From positions 1-48,619 of the forward strand of contig JAFWKW010000004.1 of assembly GCA_017514125.1 (NCBI GenBank): DNA of 48,619 nt, given 5' to 3'. The translations under genes and the position numbers were made by a program. This DNA comes from Candidatus Saccharimonadota bacterium (lineage in GTDB: Bacteria; Patescibacteriota; Saccharimonadia; Saccharimonadales; Saccharimonadaceae). The notes below the pieces were generated by a model. The model searched no databases. It was not told where the DNA came from and saw only the letters and a program-made list of their open reading frames with translations. Of the stretch, positions 29,857-40,056 are shown one piece after another; within the stretch, counting starts at the first letter, position 1, and the number at the start of each line of letters is the position of its first letter.

Positions 29857-30201
29857 ATGAGTAAAACAGATTTACATCCTAAAGATTATCGTTTTGTGGT
29901 CTTTTCAGACGAGGCTGCTGGTTTTTCATTCTTGACGAAATCTACAGCCAAGAGTGATGAAACCATCAAATGGGAAGACGGCAATGAATATCCTTTGGTT
30001 AAAGTACAAATTTCTTCTGCTTCTCACCCATTCTTTACCGGTGAGGAAAAGATTATCGATACCGAAGGTCGCGTGGACCGCTTCAAGGCTCGCGCCGCTC
30101 GCGCCGCCAAACTTCGCGATTCTCTTGGCAACAAAGCCAAAAAGGCAGCTAAAGAATCCGAAAAGAAAGCCAAAAAAGAAGAATCTGCAATCGAGAAATA
30201 A
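29857..30201 (+). CDS. rpmE2: 50S ribosomal protein L31 type B with Lys-rich tail
   Basis: [35 protein letters not shown]; no Zn cysteines. Confidence 0.93.
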   Translation: MSKTDLHPKDYRFVVFSDEAAGFSFLTKSTAKSDETIKWEDGNEYPLVKVQISSASHPFFTGEEKIIDTEGRVDRFKARAARAAKLRDSLGNKAKKAAKESEKKAKKEESAIEK

Positions 30202-30205
30202 CAAT

Positions 30206-30248
30206 AAAAATTTGGTGCCCTCGCAGTTATAAATGGCACCAAATTTTT
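30206..30248 (+). terminator. Terminator after rpmE2
   Basis: AAAAATTTGGTGCC...GGCACCAAATTTTT. Confidence 0.75.
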
Positions 30249-30267
30249 TTTCTATTTTATGGAGTGT

Positions 30268-30302
30268 AGCTGTATAGGATAACACACAAATCCTATACAG
30301 CT
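30268..30302 (-). terminator. Hairpin after the surface protein gene
   Basis: AGCTGTATAGGAT...ATCCTATACAGCT, 13-bp stem. Confidence 0.65.
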
Positions 30303-30308
30303 GTTAAT

Positions 30309-31769
30309 CTAACGACGACTATTACGATTTCTCTTCACTAGCCAGAACGCTACTGCTCCTACCGCCGCAAATACTACTATACCAGTAATCAAGTAATCTT
30401 CACGAGTAATATTGAGTCCCTGGAAGAAACTACCAGTGTCAGGTACAATGATTGCTTCACCGTTCCATTCAATCTTTAGTGGTTTGCTATCGCCTACCAA
30501 CTTTCCTTCCGCGTTCTTGTACATCATAGTACCGGTATATTCACCATAAGGCAAACCAGCCATTGGAATCGACAAGCCACCATCGGAATAACCGTGCTCT
30601 ATCGTATATAGTAAGTTCCCATCCGCATCATACACACCCAAAAGACCAGTTCTACGATCGCCTTTAATTATTCTTGCTAATTTTCCATTAGGGCCATAAA
30701 GATATACTTCTACAGTAGTAACCGTGTCTACTTCTCCTGGTACGTCGATATCAGCACTGCCGGTATCAGTTTTGGTTACCTCTTCACTTGAGGTGCCAAT
30801 CTTGTTGCCACTGTCATCATAATATTCTACTTCTATAGTATAATTACCAGGGTCAAGGGTACTAACGTCTACATTTACTACGCTACCAGGAGTTGGATCA
30901 GATACAGGGATAGTGGTTATTACGTTGCCCTCATTATCCTTTACGATAATTACTGCTTCTCCAACATTGGTGCCTGGAACTGGATCACCGATAATTACCG
31001 GTACCGTCGCGGTTCCACCAGGAGTAGTATCTTTTACGATTGTCTTACTAGTGGTTCCAGTTACGTTCCCATCAGCATCCTTAGTAATGATTTCAGCTCT
31101 ATAGGTACCATCTGGAAGATCGGAAAGATCGATATTTTCTACGTCGCTAGGGTCATCTACGGTTACTGTCTTTACTGGAACAGGATTACCTTCTTCATAA
31201 ATATTCACGACCACCTTTTTGGTCTCTTCTTTTGGCACGTCCGGATCTACCACTGGTGTATCTGGAGTTGGCGTTGGTGTAGGAGTCGGTTCTGGTTCTG
31301 GACCTGGTTCCGGCTCAGCTTTGTAAGTCACGGTAATAATCTTTTCAATTGGTACACCTTCCGTGCTGGTACCGCTAAAGGTGATGGTAAAATTACCAAA
31401 CCCCCCAAAATTGCCTAAGTTTAATTCCTCGCTTTTTTCGCCGGGGCCCGATACTGCTTCATTCCAAATCACTCCACTATACTTAACCGTTCCGTCATCA
31501 CCTCTATTCACTAGAGTCGCCGTAATGTTTGTTAAATTGTTATAGATTACGGTAAAACCGTAAAACGGGCTAGTGGTTTCACTACCACTAGGTATGGTTG
31601 GGGTAACGCTGAGTTCTGGTTCCTCAGTGAGTACGCGTACTTGAATCTTGTCAGATACCGCAGTTACCGCAGAAGCTCCCGGCACTTGTACGGTCGCTGC
31701 AAAAGTAGTCACTGCAGCTACCAAGCCAAGTCCCGCAAAGCCGAGTATTTTTTTGTGTGTTTTTTTCAT
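30309..31769 (-). CDS. Secreted surface protein with Ig-like repeats, PE/PT linker and LPxTG-like (VPDTG) anchor
   Basis: Signal peptide MKKTHKK..., PEPGPEPEPTPTPTPTP, repeated D(L/V)S.L..G.Y units, VPDTG + TM + KRNRNSRR. Confidence 0.8.
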   Translation of the reverse strand: MKKTHKKILGFAGLGLVAAVTTFAATVQVPGASAVTAVSDKIQVRVLTEEPELSVTPTIPSGSETTSPFYGFTVIYNNLTNITATLVNRGDDGTVKYSGVIWNEAVSGPGEKSEELNLGNFGGFGNFTITFSGTSTEGVPIEKIITVTYKAEPEPGPEPEPTPTPTPTPDTPVVDPDVPKEETKKVVVNIYEEGNPVPVKTVTVDDPSDVENIDLSDLPDGTYRAEIITKDADGNVTGTTSKTIVKDTTPGGTATVPVIIGDPVPGTNVGEAVIIVKDNEGNVITTIPVSDPTPGSVVNVDVSTLDPGNYTIEVEYYDDSGNKIGTSSEEVTKTDTGSADIDVPGEVDTVTTVEVYLYGPNGKLARIIKGDRRTGLLGVYDADGNLLYTIEHGYSDGGLSIPMAGLPYGEYTGTMMYKNAEGKLVGDSKPLKIEWNGEAIIVPDTGSFFQGLNITREDYLITGIVVFAAVGAVAFWLVKRNRNSRR

Positions 31770-31847
31770 AACACTCCAACTTCCTTTTGTTTTTATGTTA
31801 ATATTTTTATTTTGGTCTCGCAAAGGCCTGATATCTAGGCCATCGAT

Positions 31848-32861
31848 CTAAACCATAAATTTGGACCGACGTTCTTTGCGCTTCCTAAGCACAATTATAA
31901 TCCACATAATTACGACTGTCAATAGCAAAAGTATTATAATTATAATCACTGGCGGCATAATAATTACGAACTTTGTGACAACCTCTCCGATTTCATTGTC
32001 GTCTGTAGTAACTTTCCACTCCACATTAAAGATCCCGAAGAAAGGCGTGTCCTTCCAACTATCCGATACAGAAAGTTCCGTATCAGGTATCACTGATATC
32101 CTAGCCGCCGTAGAACCATTCGGGGTCTCATAATAAACATTTCCAAAAATACCTGTGACTTTCATCTTCCCCGAAGCCATAAAGTCAACGTTGCCAGTAT
32201 TTTTTACTTTGCCAGTGGCGTTGATGATGGTCTTTTCTTCTCCATCTACCAGCATAGTGTTATTGATTGCTAATTTAGAAATTTCACTAGAAAGAATTGT
32301 ATCTCCATTTGCCCGTCCATATACCACTAGTCCTGGGCTAGCTTCGGTTTTGATGCCGCTAGAGTTTACCGAGCCTGAAAGCGTGTGAGCAAAAAGTACT
32401 GCGTATTGGCCACCAGCCGGGATACTCTCCGGCGTAGTGATACGATAAGCCACTTCTATATCGCTCTTAGGGTCTGCGGTAAAAGTGGTTTTTTCTACAT
32501 AATTACCATTCACGTCCCTGAAAGTAATCCATCTAGTAATCTGAGTGAAATTATTTTCCCTGCTAAACCCTAGCTTATAAGCGTCTTCGTCCTCTGAGTA
32601 AATGTAGGCATATGGTGCGGCATACACTTCAAATTCCATTGGTGAATCGCTGTTATTGCTCACCTTAAAAACAGCGTCATAGATTGTACTTGCGGTTAGT
32701 TGTAGTACTTCGCTAACTGGGCTAATACTAATGCTAGTAGCAGCACTAGAGGTGCTAGCATCCCCTGGTTCATCTGCGTAGATATTGCCACCAGATACTA
32801 CGGCTGTAAACGTCAATGCGGCCAAGGCCAAAACTGAAATTTTTTTGATTAAGCTCCTCAT
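31848..32861 (-). CDS. Exported protein, DUF916/DUF3324 (WxL-interacting)-like
   Basis: Signal peptide, PAGGQYAVLF, VKNTGNVDF, C-terminal TM + RKRKERR. Confidence 0.6.
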   Translation of the reverse strand: MRSLIKKISVLALAALTFTAVVSGGNIYADEPGDASTSSAATSISISPVSEVLQLTASTIYDAVFKVSNNSDSPMEFEVYAAPYAYIYSEDEDAYKLGFSRENNFTQITRWITFRDVNGNYVEKTTFTADPKSDIEVAYRITTPESIPAGGQYAVLFAHTLSGSVNSSGIKTEASPGLVVYGRANGDTILSSEISKLAINNTMLVDGEEKTIINATGKVKNTGNVDFMASGKMKVTGIFGNVYYETPNGSTAARISVIPDTELSVSDSWKDTPFFGIFNVEWKVTTDDNEIGEVVTKFVIIMPPVIIIIILLLLTVVIMWIIIVLRKRKERRSKFMV

Positions 32862-32926
32862 CTACCTCCTTATTTCTACCTATTATAGCACATTTTTAGA
32901 AAAAGTGTGGTATAATATAAATACAA

Positions 32927-33017
32927 GCGCGCGTGGTGGAATTGGTAGACACGCTACCTTGAGGTGGTAGTGGCCACATTTACGGCTGTGCTGGTTCAAG
33001 TCCAGTCGCGCGCACCA
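32927..33017 (+). tRNA. tRNA-Leu(GAG)
   Basis: GCGCGCG acceptor stem, GGAATTGGTAGAC D-loop, CTACC-TTGAGGT-GGTAG anticodon arm, long variable arm, GTTCAAGT, encoded CCA. Confidence 0.95.
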
Positions 33018-33041
33018 CATTTATTGCTAAAATCGCCTATC

Positions 33042-33100
33042 TTGGCGTTTTTTCTTGTTCGCTCGTCCATTAGACGCGCTTCACAAGAAGAAAACACCAA
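33042..33100. terminator. Long imperfect hairpin between tRNA-Leu and the convergent SBP gene
   Basis: TTGGCGTTTTTTCTTGT...ACAAGAAGAAAACACCAA with inner CGTC/GACG. Confidence 0.5.
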
Positions 33101-33130
33101 TCTGCCGGCTTTTGATCTTAAATAATCCTG

Positions 33131-34864
33131 TTACGGTGTTTGGTTTTTTGTTCCCTTGGTTACCCCCCAATTTTCTACGTCTAGGAACCTGTCTAGCGCA
33201 GTTACGAGTATATTAGTATCATTGTAGGTCTGGACGTTTTTATTATATATATAAGTCATATTTGCTTGGTAGAGTCCAATGGCCGGGACGTCGGTTGCCC
33301 AATATTCAAGGAATTTCTCGTATTTACGAGCCCTGAGTGCGGTATCCATTGTGCCGCGTGCCCCTACCAACAAATCGTCCACCAGCGAGTTACGATAATT
33401 CGACAGATTGAGCCCCGCTGCCTGTGCCTGCGAAGAATGATAATACGCCAAAGGGTCCGGATCAGCACCAAGCTCAATACCATAAACTAAGATATCATAA
33501 TTCCTTTTTGATATAATATTTGCCACAAACTCCTGACTCTCCGCATAAGTAGATACGCTACATTCAATTCCGAGAGCCTGTAGGTTGTCTGCGAGCTTCC
33601 CCGCTACTGCTGGCAAATAACCCGAATCTACCGTCGCAATCTCCAGGTGAATTTTTTCGCCACTAGATAATTCTTCGATTTTTTCTTTGGCCATTATTTC
33701 ATCCCCGGTTGGAATCATCGGATAATTTTCAAGTGTAATTTGAGATTCCAAAATCGGAAAATCCAGTGCTTTCGTATCTGGTGCTGCCGCTCGAATCTCC
33801 GATAAATTCAAACCTTGCCTAATCGCTCTTCTCATATCTGCGCTAGCCAAACTCCCCCTTGAATTATTTAGGAAGGCAAATACCCCAGAATTGATGTTAG
33901 AAAGCCTTTCTATATAATTTCCCCCAGCTAGCGTATTCGCGGTTTCTCCATCTAGCTCCGCTGTGGCTGTCACTTCTCCAGACTTCAGAGCCGATTCCAC
34001 TCCTATCTTGTCGGCATATGAGTGAATAGCAAAACTATTAACCATCGGTTTGCCCAAATAATAATTTTGGTTCGCTGTGAGATAAACTACCTTTTCATCT
34101 TCACTACTCGTCTGCGTGGCATTAAAATTAAAAGCTCCGCTAGTCACCGGATTTTTAGAAAAATTCGCTTCCGCCAAAGTTTTTATCGGGGTGTCCTTCA
34201 AAATATGCTCTGGCACTATCGGTATAGCAAGCGCCGAAGAAAAATCCGTATAAGCCGAAGGCAAATCAAAAACAATATCACCATTTTCATCTTCGGAAAT
34301 CTTTACACCCTCGAGATTAGCTGTGTAAATTGTGCTCACTGCCGGATTTTGGATTAACTCAATCGTAAAAAGCACGTCTTTATTTGTAATCGGTTCTCCA
34401 TCCGACCAAACCAAATTATCCCTCAAATGTATTCGCCAAGTCTTCCCATCATTGGCGTGTCTTACGGTGCTAGCTAGTTGTGGCCCAGGATGTCCCGAAA
34501 AATCGTTATAAACTAGCGTCGCAAACATTAGCTTACTGAGAGCCTTTTCACTACTAGTGGTGGCAAAAAGTGGATTTAGAGAATTAATTTTGCCAACCGT
34601 TGCCTCTATATAAGTCCCACCATCTACATAAGTATTTACCGCATAGGATTCCCCAAACCAAAAAGCCTGAGCCACCCCTACTAAAACCAAGGCTATCACC
34701 AGCAGTGTCCATTCGAGGACTAATAATCTGATTTTTTTAATGTGAGAAAGCCGACCAATGAAATTCTCTTTGATGTGCTCCTTGCCATCTGCGCTAGCTT
34801 TAAGCGATGCCCGCGAAAATTTGCGTACAAATTTTTGCCCACGTTTTTTAATCGAACTCGCCAT
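33131..34864 (-). CDS. ABC transporter peptide substrate-binding protein (family 5)
   Basis: SLNPLFA, LRDNLVWSDGEPITNKDVLFT, NLSNY...VDDLL. Confidence 0.85.
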   Translation of the reverse strand: MASSIKKRGQKFVRKFSRASLKASADGKEHIKENFIGRLSHIKKIRLLVLEWTLLVIALVLVGVAQAFWFGESYAVNTYVDGGTYIEATVGKINSLNPLFATTSSEKALSKLMFATLVYNDFSGHPGPQLASTVRHANDGKTWRIHLRDNLVWSDGEPITNKDVLFTIELIQNPAVSTIYTANLEGVKISEDENGDIVFDLPSAYTDFSSALAIPIVPEHILKDTPIKTLAEANFSKNPVTSGAFNFNATQTSSEDEKVVYLTANQNYYLGKPMVNSFAIHSYADKIGVESALKSGEVTATAELDGETANTLAGGNYIERLSNINSGVFAFLNNSRGSLASADMRRAIRQGLNLSEIRAAAPDTKALDFPILESQITLENYPMIPTGDEIMAKEKIEELSSGEKIHLEIATVDSGYLPAVAGKLADNLQALGIECSVSTYAESQEFVANIISKRNYDILVYGIELGADPDPLAYYHSSQAQAAGLNLSNYRNSLVDDLLVGARGTMDTALRARKYEKFLEYWATDVPAIGLYQANMTYIYNKNVQTYNDTNILVTALDRFLDVENWGVTKGTKNQTP

Positions 34865-34865
34865 T

Positions 34866-35096
34866 TTACTCCATCGGAATTAACAGCAGTGCTAGAATTG
34901 ATGTTACAAAAATTACCGCAAAAACAATCGTTGCGATGAAGAGCGACTTTTCTAATCCGCGCCTCTGAGTATATAATTCACCAGAGCTACCAAAACCCGC
35001 CCCAAGCGACGCTCCGCGTTGCTGTAACAATATCAAAAGAATAGTCAGAATTGCCGAAATCAGTGTGGTTGCCTGTAAAAAACTTCCTAATTGCAT
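34866..35096 (-). CDS. secG: Preprotein translocase subunit SecG
   Basis: ILLQQRGASLGAGFG, RRGLEK; two TM helices. Confidence 0.92.
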   Translation of the reverse strand: MQLGSFLQATTLISAILTILLILLQQRGASLGAGFGSSGELYTQRRGLEKSLFIATIVFAVIFVTSILALLLIPME

Positions 35097-35117
35097 AAAA
35101 TAAATAACTCCTAATAT

Positions 35118-36371
35118 CTATTTTAGCATAGATTTTCGTTTTAGCAAGCTGTGATACGTAATCGCAAACCTATGCGCCTCCTCGTCAATTCGGGCAATCA
35201 ATCTAGCGATATGAGAAGTTCTATCTAATTTTATAATCCTGGTATCTATTATGATATTTACTTCAGCTGATTTCGAATGATTGCCCGACTTATCGCGCCC
35301 AATCACTGGTATCCCAAGTGGCTCCACGAGTGGCAAAATCGCATTTACTTGAGTAACTCCACCGTCCAAAATAATCAAATCCGGCAAGTCCCATTCTCTG
35401 TGTTTAAGCCGCCGAGAAATCACTTCTTTCATACTTTTGAGGTCATCCGCCCCAGAGCTTCTCAGCTTGAACTTTCGGTATTCACTTCTCGCGGATGCCC
35501 CATTAATAAACACCACCATACTCCCCACCGCATTTTCTCCCGACTGGTGCGAAATATCATACCCCTCGATTCTTTTAGGCGGTTTCGAGAGCCCTAATAA
35601 TTTTTGAAGTTCAAGCAGTGCCTGATCCGAAGAAATATCCAAAAACTCTTTGTCCGAAAACACGATTTTTTTCTTTAATTCTTGTAGCCCAAAGAGTTGG
35701 TCACGTGCCTCCGCTGCGAGCTCAAAATCCCCAGAGGAGGCAGCGTCTTTCATCGTCTTCTCGAGTTCTTTCAAAAGTTTATCACGGCCGCCCTCAAGGT
35801 ATTTAATTAACTTCCGGAGGTTCCTTTTGTAATCTGCTGGTGTAAGGCGCCCTACTTCAATTCCCGGGGTAAGCCCAAGGTCAGTATCCAAAGTTTTTTT
35901 ACCGTTATACGGCTTAGTATAATACGGAAAAACCCGCCTAAGAGTCCGAAGCGCCTTCTCTACCGCCACCTTACCATAAAACGGTCCGACATATTTCGCG
36001 CCATCATCTACTGGCGTCCTGGTAAAGCTAATATATGGCACTCCGTCCTGCATTGAAATCCTAACATACGAAACAGTCTTATCATCGCGAAGCAAAATAT
36101 TCCACTTCGGCATATATCTTTTAATCATCTCGGATTCTAAAAACAGCGCATCCATCTCGGTGTCTACTACAATCCAATCTGTATCAAAAATCTCGGAAAC
36201 TAGCGCCGTAGTTTTAGGATCCTTCACCGTATTTTGGAAATATTGTCGCACTCGGTTTTTGAGTACTGCCGCCTTACCCACATAAATAATCTCTCCGGCC
36301 GCGTTTTTATGAAAATAAACCCCCGGGCTTGCCGGGAGTTTTTTTAGTTTTTGTTTCAACGCCTCATTCAT
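35118..36371 (-). CDS. uvrC: Excinuclease ABC subunit C, compact (no C-terminal HhH)
   Basis: GIY-YIG PGVY..IIYVGKA, UVR FELAAEARD, RIEGYDISH, DEEAHRFAI; 417 aa. Confidence 0.9.
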   Translation of the reverse strand: MNEALKQKLKKLPASPGVYFHKNAAGEIIYVGKAAVLKNRVRQYFQNTVKDPKTTALVSEIFDTDWIVVDTEMDALFLESEMIKRYMPKWNILLRDDKTVSYVRISMQDGVPYISFTRTPVDDGAKYVGPFYGKVAVEKALRTLRRVFPYYTKPYNGKKTLDTDLGLTPGIEVGRLTPADYKRNLRKLIKYLEGGRDKLLKELEKTMKDAASSGDFELAAEARDQLFGLQELKKKIVFSDKEFLDISSDQALLELQKLLGLSKPPKRIEGYDISHQSGENAVGSMVVFINGASARSEYRKFKLRSSGADDLKSMKEVISRRLKHREWDLPDLIILDGGVTQVNAILPLVEPLGIPVIGRDKSGNHSKSAEVNIIIDTRIIKLDRTSHIARLIARIDEEAHRFAITYHSLLKRKSMLK

Positions 36372-36402
36372 ATTACTATTATATCACACTTATCGAATTT
36401 TG

Positions 36403-37956
36403 TCAATTCGAATCTGATTTTAGCAAATTTGACATTACATTGCTGAGTAGTTGTGACATCGTGATATAATCAGTTGGCTCAGAAATCTTAAACTCCTTCG
36501 GGTAAGTTAATGAGATGTCAGCCGTAGTAGCGTTACTTGTGGCACCGCTTGTGGTGTTTAATTGGAAATAGACCCGCGTGAAATTATTATTATCGTCTAT
36601 TTCTACGTACATTGCCGGGAAATTGTCAAAAATCTGTTCAATCATAGTGGCGCTAGTACCGCTATTTGACGCGGTGCTGCCCATACAGGCGTTTAGCTCG
36701 TTTACAAAACCGTTATTACCTAGCGAGTTAGAGAAAGCACTTAACTTATTAGAATCAAAGGTTAGCCGATAGAGTGTATTAGTTTTTTTGGCGATTCCCA
36801 AGTTTTCGGTTGAGGAGGTAATAAACGGATTAGCTTTGTACTTCGCCACAATATCCTTGCTGTAATTTGGCAAGGTAGAAAAAGCGTTGATTAAGCAAGT
36901 GGAGGTGTTGTCAAACAAGTCCAAGCCTTCCATTTCTTCCCCAAACTCATCCGAAATCAGAATCCAATTATTGTTTGCAGCTTCTAGTAGTCCACCAAAA
37001 GCGGAAACGAGCGAGCTGGTAGTAGTGCTAGTGCTTACACAATTAGTACAATCCGTACCACTACATCCTGCTGAGTCAGCACAATTTACCGCGACATCGC
37101 TAGTGGTACTTGCGTCGGTAGTCAAAGCAGTACCGCCAAACATATTTATTAAATTATTTAACCCGGAAAATTTGAAATAAGTATCGCCAGTTTTGTTTCT
37201 CATTTCTTCTATGGCGAGCGGAATAGTCTGACCACTGCCATAGTCCATCACGATGTCGGCCGAGACCTTATTCATATTTGAAGTGGTGTCAAAAGTTCCG
37301 TTAAAATCTATGGTCAGATTACCGGTACTTACAGCGTCAGTTTGTACGTAGCTGTCCGCTACTTCAGTACTGTTCTCAATTTTGCCTTGTGCGGATATAA
37401 TTGTTGGCATCTCTCCGTTTAAGGCCTTTTCAATCGCCTTGGACAATCTATCTCCATTATTGCCAAGCATAATTACCACTACTGCTGCCACACCGCAAAT
37501 CAGCGCAATCAAAATAAACACAATCGCCCCAATGGTGAAAGCCTTTTTCTTACTCTTCTTGCCCCCGGCAGGTTCTACGATCGAATCTTTGGCCACTAAA
37601 TTTGGCCCGTCTAGCCCGCTTAAATCAGTATTGATAGTTTCTGTCTGGACGACTTCAGCTCTTGAAGGACCACTGGTAGTGGCGATGTCTTGAGTCAATG
37701 CGTTTAATGAATTATCATCTACTGACAGCGAATCAAAAGTTTCTTCTACCATTGTGGTGGGCTCTGGATTGGGATTATTATGATGTGGCACCGAACGCAT
37801 CATCGGATCTACCACGCCGTGATTAACTGGTCTAGGTGCTGGCGCTGCCTCTTTGAATTCCGGCATTGCCGAAGTTGGTCGAGCTTTTGGCATTTCCGGC
37901 ATACCGCCCGACATCGGATTGAGGGGGTTTGGTGTCCCACGATCACTCCCATCCAT
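36403..37956 (-). CDS. Hypothetical bitopic membrane protein (Pro-rich N-terminus, S/T/N-rich ectodomain)
   Basis: KKSKKK + TM helix; Cys cluster CADSAGCSGTDCTNC; AAGGAGG RBS. Confidence 0.75.
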   Translation of the reverse strand: MDGSDRGTPNPLNPMSGGMPEMPKARPTSAMPEFKEAAPAPRPVNHGVVDPMMRSVPHHNNPNPEPTTMVEETFDSLSVDDNSLNALTQDIATTSGPSRAEVVQTETINTDLSGLDGPNLVAKDSIVEPAGGKKSKKKAFTIGAIVFILIALICGVAAVVVIMLGNNGDRLSKAIEKALNGEMPTIISAQGKIENSTEVADSYVQTDAVSTGNLTIDFNGTFDTTSNMNKVSADIVMDYGSGQTIPLAIEEMRNKTGDTYFKFSGLNNLINMFGGTALTTDASTTSDVAVNCADSAGCSGTDCTNCVSTSTTTSSLVSAFGGLLEAANNNWILISDEFGEEMEGLDLFDNTSTCLINAFSTLPNYSKDIVAKYKANPFITSSTENLGIAKKTNTLYRLTFDSNKLSAFSNSLGNNGFVNELNACMGSTASNSGTSATMIEQIFDNFPAMYVEIDDNNNFTRVYFQLNTTSGATSNATTADISLTYPKEFKISEPTDYITMSQLLSNVMSNLLKSDSN

Positions 37957-38014
37957 ATAAAAAACCTCCTTTTAAACTTATTAATACTATTATAGCATAT
38001 GTTATAATAAACTT

Positions 38015-39328
38015 ATGGATAATTTTGTAATAAAATATATCAAAGCTAGGCAGATTCTGGATTCTCGCGGTAATCCTACTGTAGAAGCTGAAGTTGGATT
38101 AAAAAACGGCGGCATCGGTCGTGCGGCTGTTCCATCTGGTGCCTCTACTGGCGCTGGTGAGGCTTTGGAACTTCGCGATGGTGATATAGAAAGATTTGGT
38201 GGCAAAGGTGTCGAAAAAGCCGTCTGGAACATCAATTCCAAAATCAAAGATGTCCTGATAGATAATTCCTCTGAGCAAGCCCAAGTAGACCATCTTATGT
38301 GTGAACTAGACGGCACAGATAACAAATCCAGTCTTGGTGCCAACGCAATCCTAGCGGTTTCTCTGGCAAATGCCAAAGCCAATGCTCGAGCTATGAAAAT
38401 CCCGTTTTATCAATATGTTTCCGAGCTCGCCGGTGTGACTGACGAAATGTCTATTCCTATGCCTATGATGAACGTGATGAACGGCGGCGAGCACGCTTCT
38501 TGGTCTACTGATTTTCAGGAATATATGATTATTCCCGCCTCCGCTGGTACAATCGAAGAGGCCGTCCGTATAGGCGCCGAAGTTTTTCATACTTTGAAAG
38601 ACGTATTAAAAGAAAAAGATTATCCCACTACCGTAGGCGATGAAGGTGGCTACGCTCCGAGAGTGAGAAGTGGCAACAACGAACCGCTAGACTGTATCAA
38701 GGAAGCCGTCGAAAAGTCCGGCTACAGATTCGGCAAAGATATTTTGATTGCGCTAGATATTGCTGCTAGCGAATTTTATGTCAAAGACTCTGCCGACCCA
38801 CCTTACGAAAACGGTCGCTACGAGTTAAAGACCAACGGCGATTGGAAGACCGCTGACGATATGATTAATTGGTACGAATATCTAATCAATAATTATTCCG
38901 TAGTTTCAATCGAAGACGGCCTCTCCGAAGACGACTGGGAAAATTGGAAAATTATGACCGAGCGTCTAGGTGACAGAGCTCAGCTCGTCGGTGATGATTT
39001 ATTCGTCACCAATACTAAACTACTCAGTCGTGGAATTGAGTCCAAAGTCGCCAACGCTATTTTGATTAAGCCAAATCAAATCGGCACACTGACCGAGACT
39101 ATCGATGCTGTAATGATGGCCAAAAAATCCGGTTATAGAACTATTATGTCTCACCGCTCCGGTGAAACCGAAGATGTTTCTATCGCCCACCTCGCCGTAG
39201 GACTTGGTACCGGCCAAATCAAAACCGGTTCCCTCTCCAGAACGGACAGAATTGCGAAATATAACGAGTTGATCCGTATCGCGGATTCTAATCCGCGGCT
39301 TTCTCTTTCGCGACCTTTTCAGCGATAG
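38015..39328 (+). CDS. eno: Enolase
   Basis: ILDSRGNPTVE, VPSGASTG, VGDEGG, SHRSGETED, KYNEL. Confidence 0.98.
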   Translation: MDNFVIKYIKARQILDSRGNPTVEAEVGLKNGGIGRAAVPSGASTGAGEALELRDGDIERFGGKGVEKAVWNINSKIKDVLIDNSSEQAQVDHLMCELDGTDNKSSLGANAILAVSLANAKANARAMKIPFYQYVSELAGVTDEMSIPMPMMNVMNGGEHASWSTDFQEYMIIPASAGTIEEAVRIGAEVFHTLKDVLKEKDYPTTVGDEGGYAPRVRSGNNEPLDCIKEAVEKSGYRFGKDILIALDIAASEFYVKDSADPPYENGRYELKTNGDWKTADDMINWYEYLINNYSVVSIEDGLSEDDWENWKIMTERLGDRAQLVGDDLFVTNTKLLSRGIESKVANAILIKPNQIGTLTETIDAVMMAKKSGYRTIMSHRSGETEDVSIAHLAVGLGTGQIKTGSLSRTDRIAKYNELIRIADSNPRLSLSRPFQR

Positions 39329-40019
39329 CCCGCGCTTCCTTAAATCCATCGTAGAAGTTTTCGGAAATCTTCGGATGCCCAATCTTGTTTGCCGCGTCCA
39401 CTACTTTTTGAATATCGTCAGTAATTTCAAAAATTTTCGCATCTTCGGCCTTGACTAGCTTCAAATCAATCATTTTATTAATCACCGCATCAAAAGCCGA
39501 CCAATAATCTTTACCAACCAGAAACACTGGCATCTTTGGCATTTTGTTTTCTTGCATCAAACACAAAATTTCTGATAGCTCGTCCATTGTCCCAAATCCG
39601 CCTGGGAAAAACACGAATACCTTCGCCGCCATCGCGAGCGATACCTTGCGGGCAAAGAAATATTCAAACGTATAAGTTTCCGAAAGATATGGATTTGGAA
39701 ATTGCTCGTGCGCTAGCGTGATATTAAAACCTATTACGCGGCCACCAATCTCGTAACAACCTTTCGACGCCGCTTCCATAATACCAGGACCACCACCAGT
39801 GATTACGGCGTGCCCGTTTTTGGCTAGCTCTTCCCCTAGCTGCCTTGCCATCTCACAGTATTTGTCATCTTGCGGTAGTCTGGCCGAGCCAAAAATCGTT
39901 ACCCCCTGCGGAAAAGTCCTAACTAATTTTAGCCCAGTGGCCAAATCTTTAGCATAGGCATTAATTCTTTCCAAATCTTCAATCGACATTTGTTTGATAA
40001 ATTCATCTTGAACCGACAT
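39288..40019 (-). CDS. LOG-family (TIGR00730) protein
   Basis: IFGSAR, ITGGGPGIMEAA, FPGGFGTMDE; GGAGGTG RBS supports ATG 40019. Confidence 0.9.
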   Translation of the reverse strand: MSVQDEFIKQMSIEDLERINAYAKDLATGLKLVRTFPQGVTIFGSARLPQDDKYCEMARQLGEELAKNGHAVITGGGPGIMEAASKGCYEIGGRVIGFNITLAHEQFPNPYLSETYTFEYFFARKVSLAMAAKVFVFFPGGFGTMDELSEILCLMQENKMPKMPVFLVGKDYWSAFDAVINKMIDLKLVKAEDAKIFEITDDIQKVVDAANKIGHPKISENFYDGFKEARAIAEKVAKEKAAD

Positions 40020-40056
40020 TTTCACCTCCATAAGTAATATTATATAAACAATTATA

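Noticed and set aside
31258-31320. Tandem DNA repeat or phase-variable tract in the surface protein
   Set aside because: The PE/PT linker uses varied codons, so it is a protein-level low-complexity linker and not a slippage tract.
32927-33130. Prophage or island integrated at tRNA-Leu
   Set aside because: No integrase and no duplicated tRNA 3' end were noticed; the flanks are ordinary chromosomal genes.
35118-36371. uvrC as a pseudogene
   Set aside because: Short, but the GIY-YIG, UVR and RNase H-like motifs are intact in one frame with a promoter; more likely a streamlined form.
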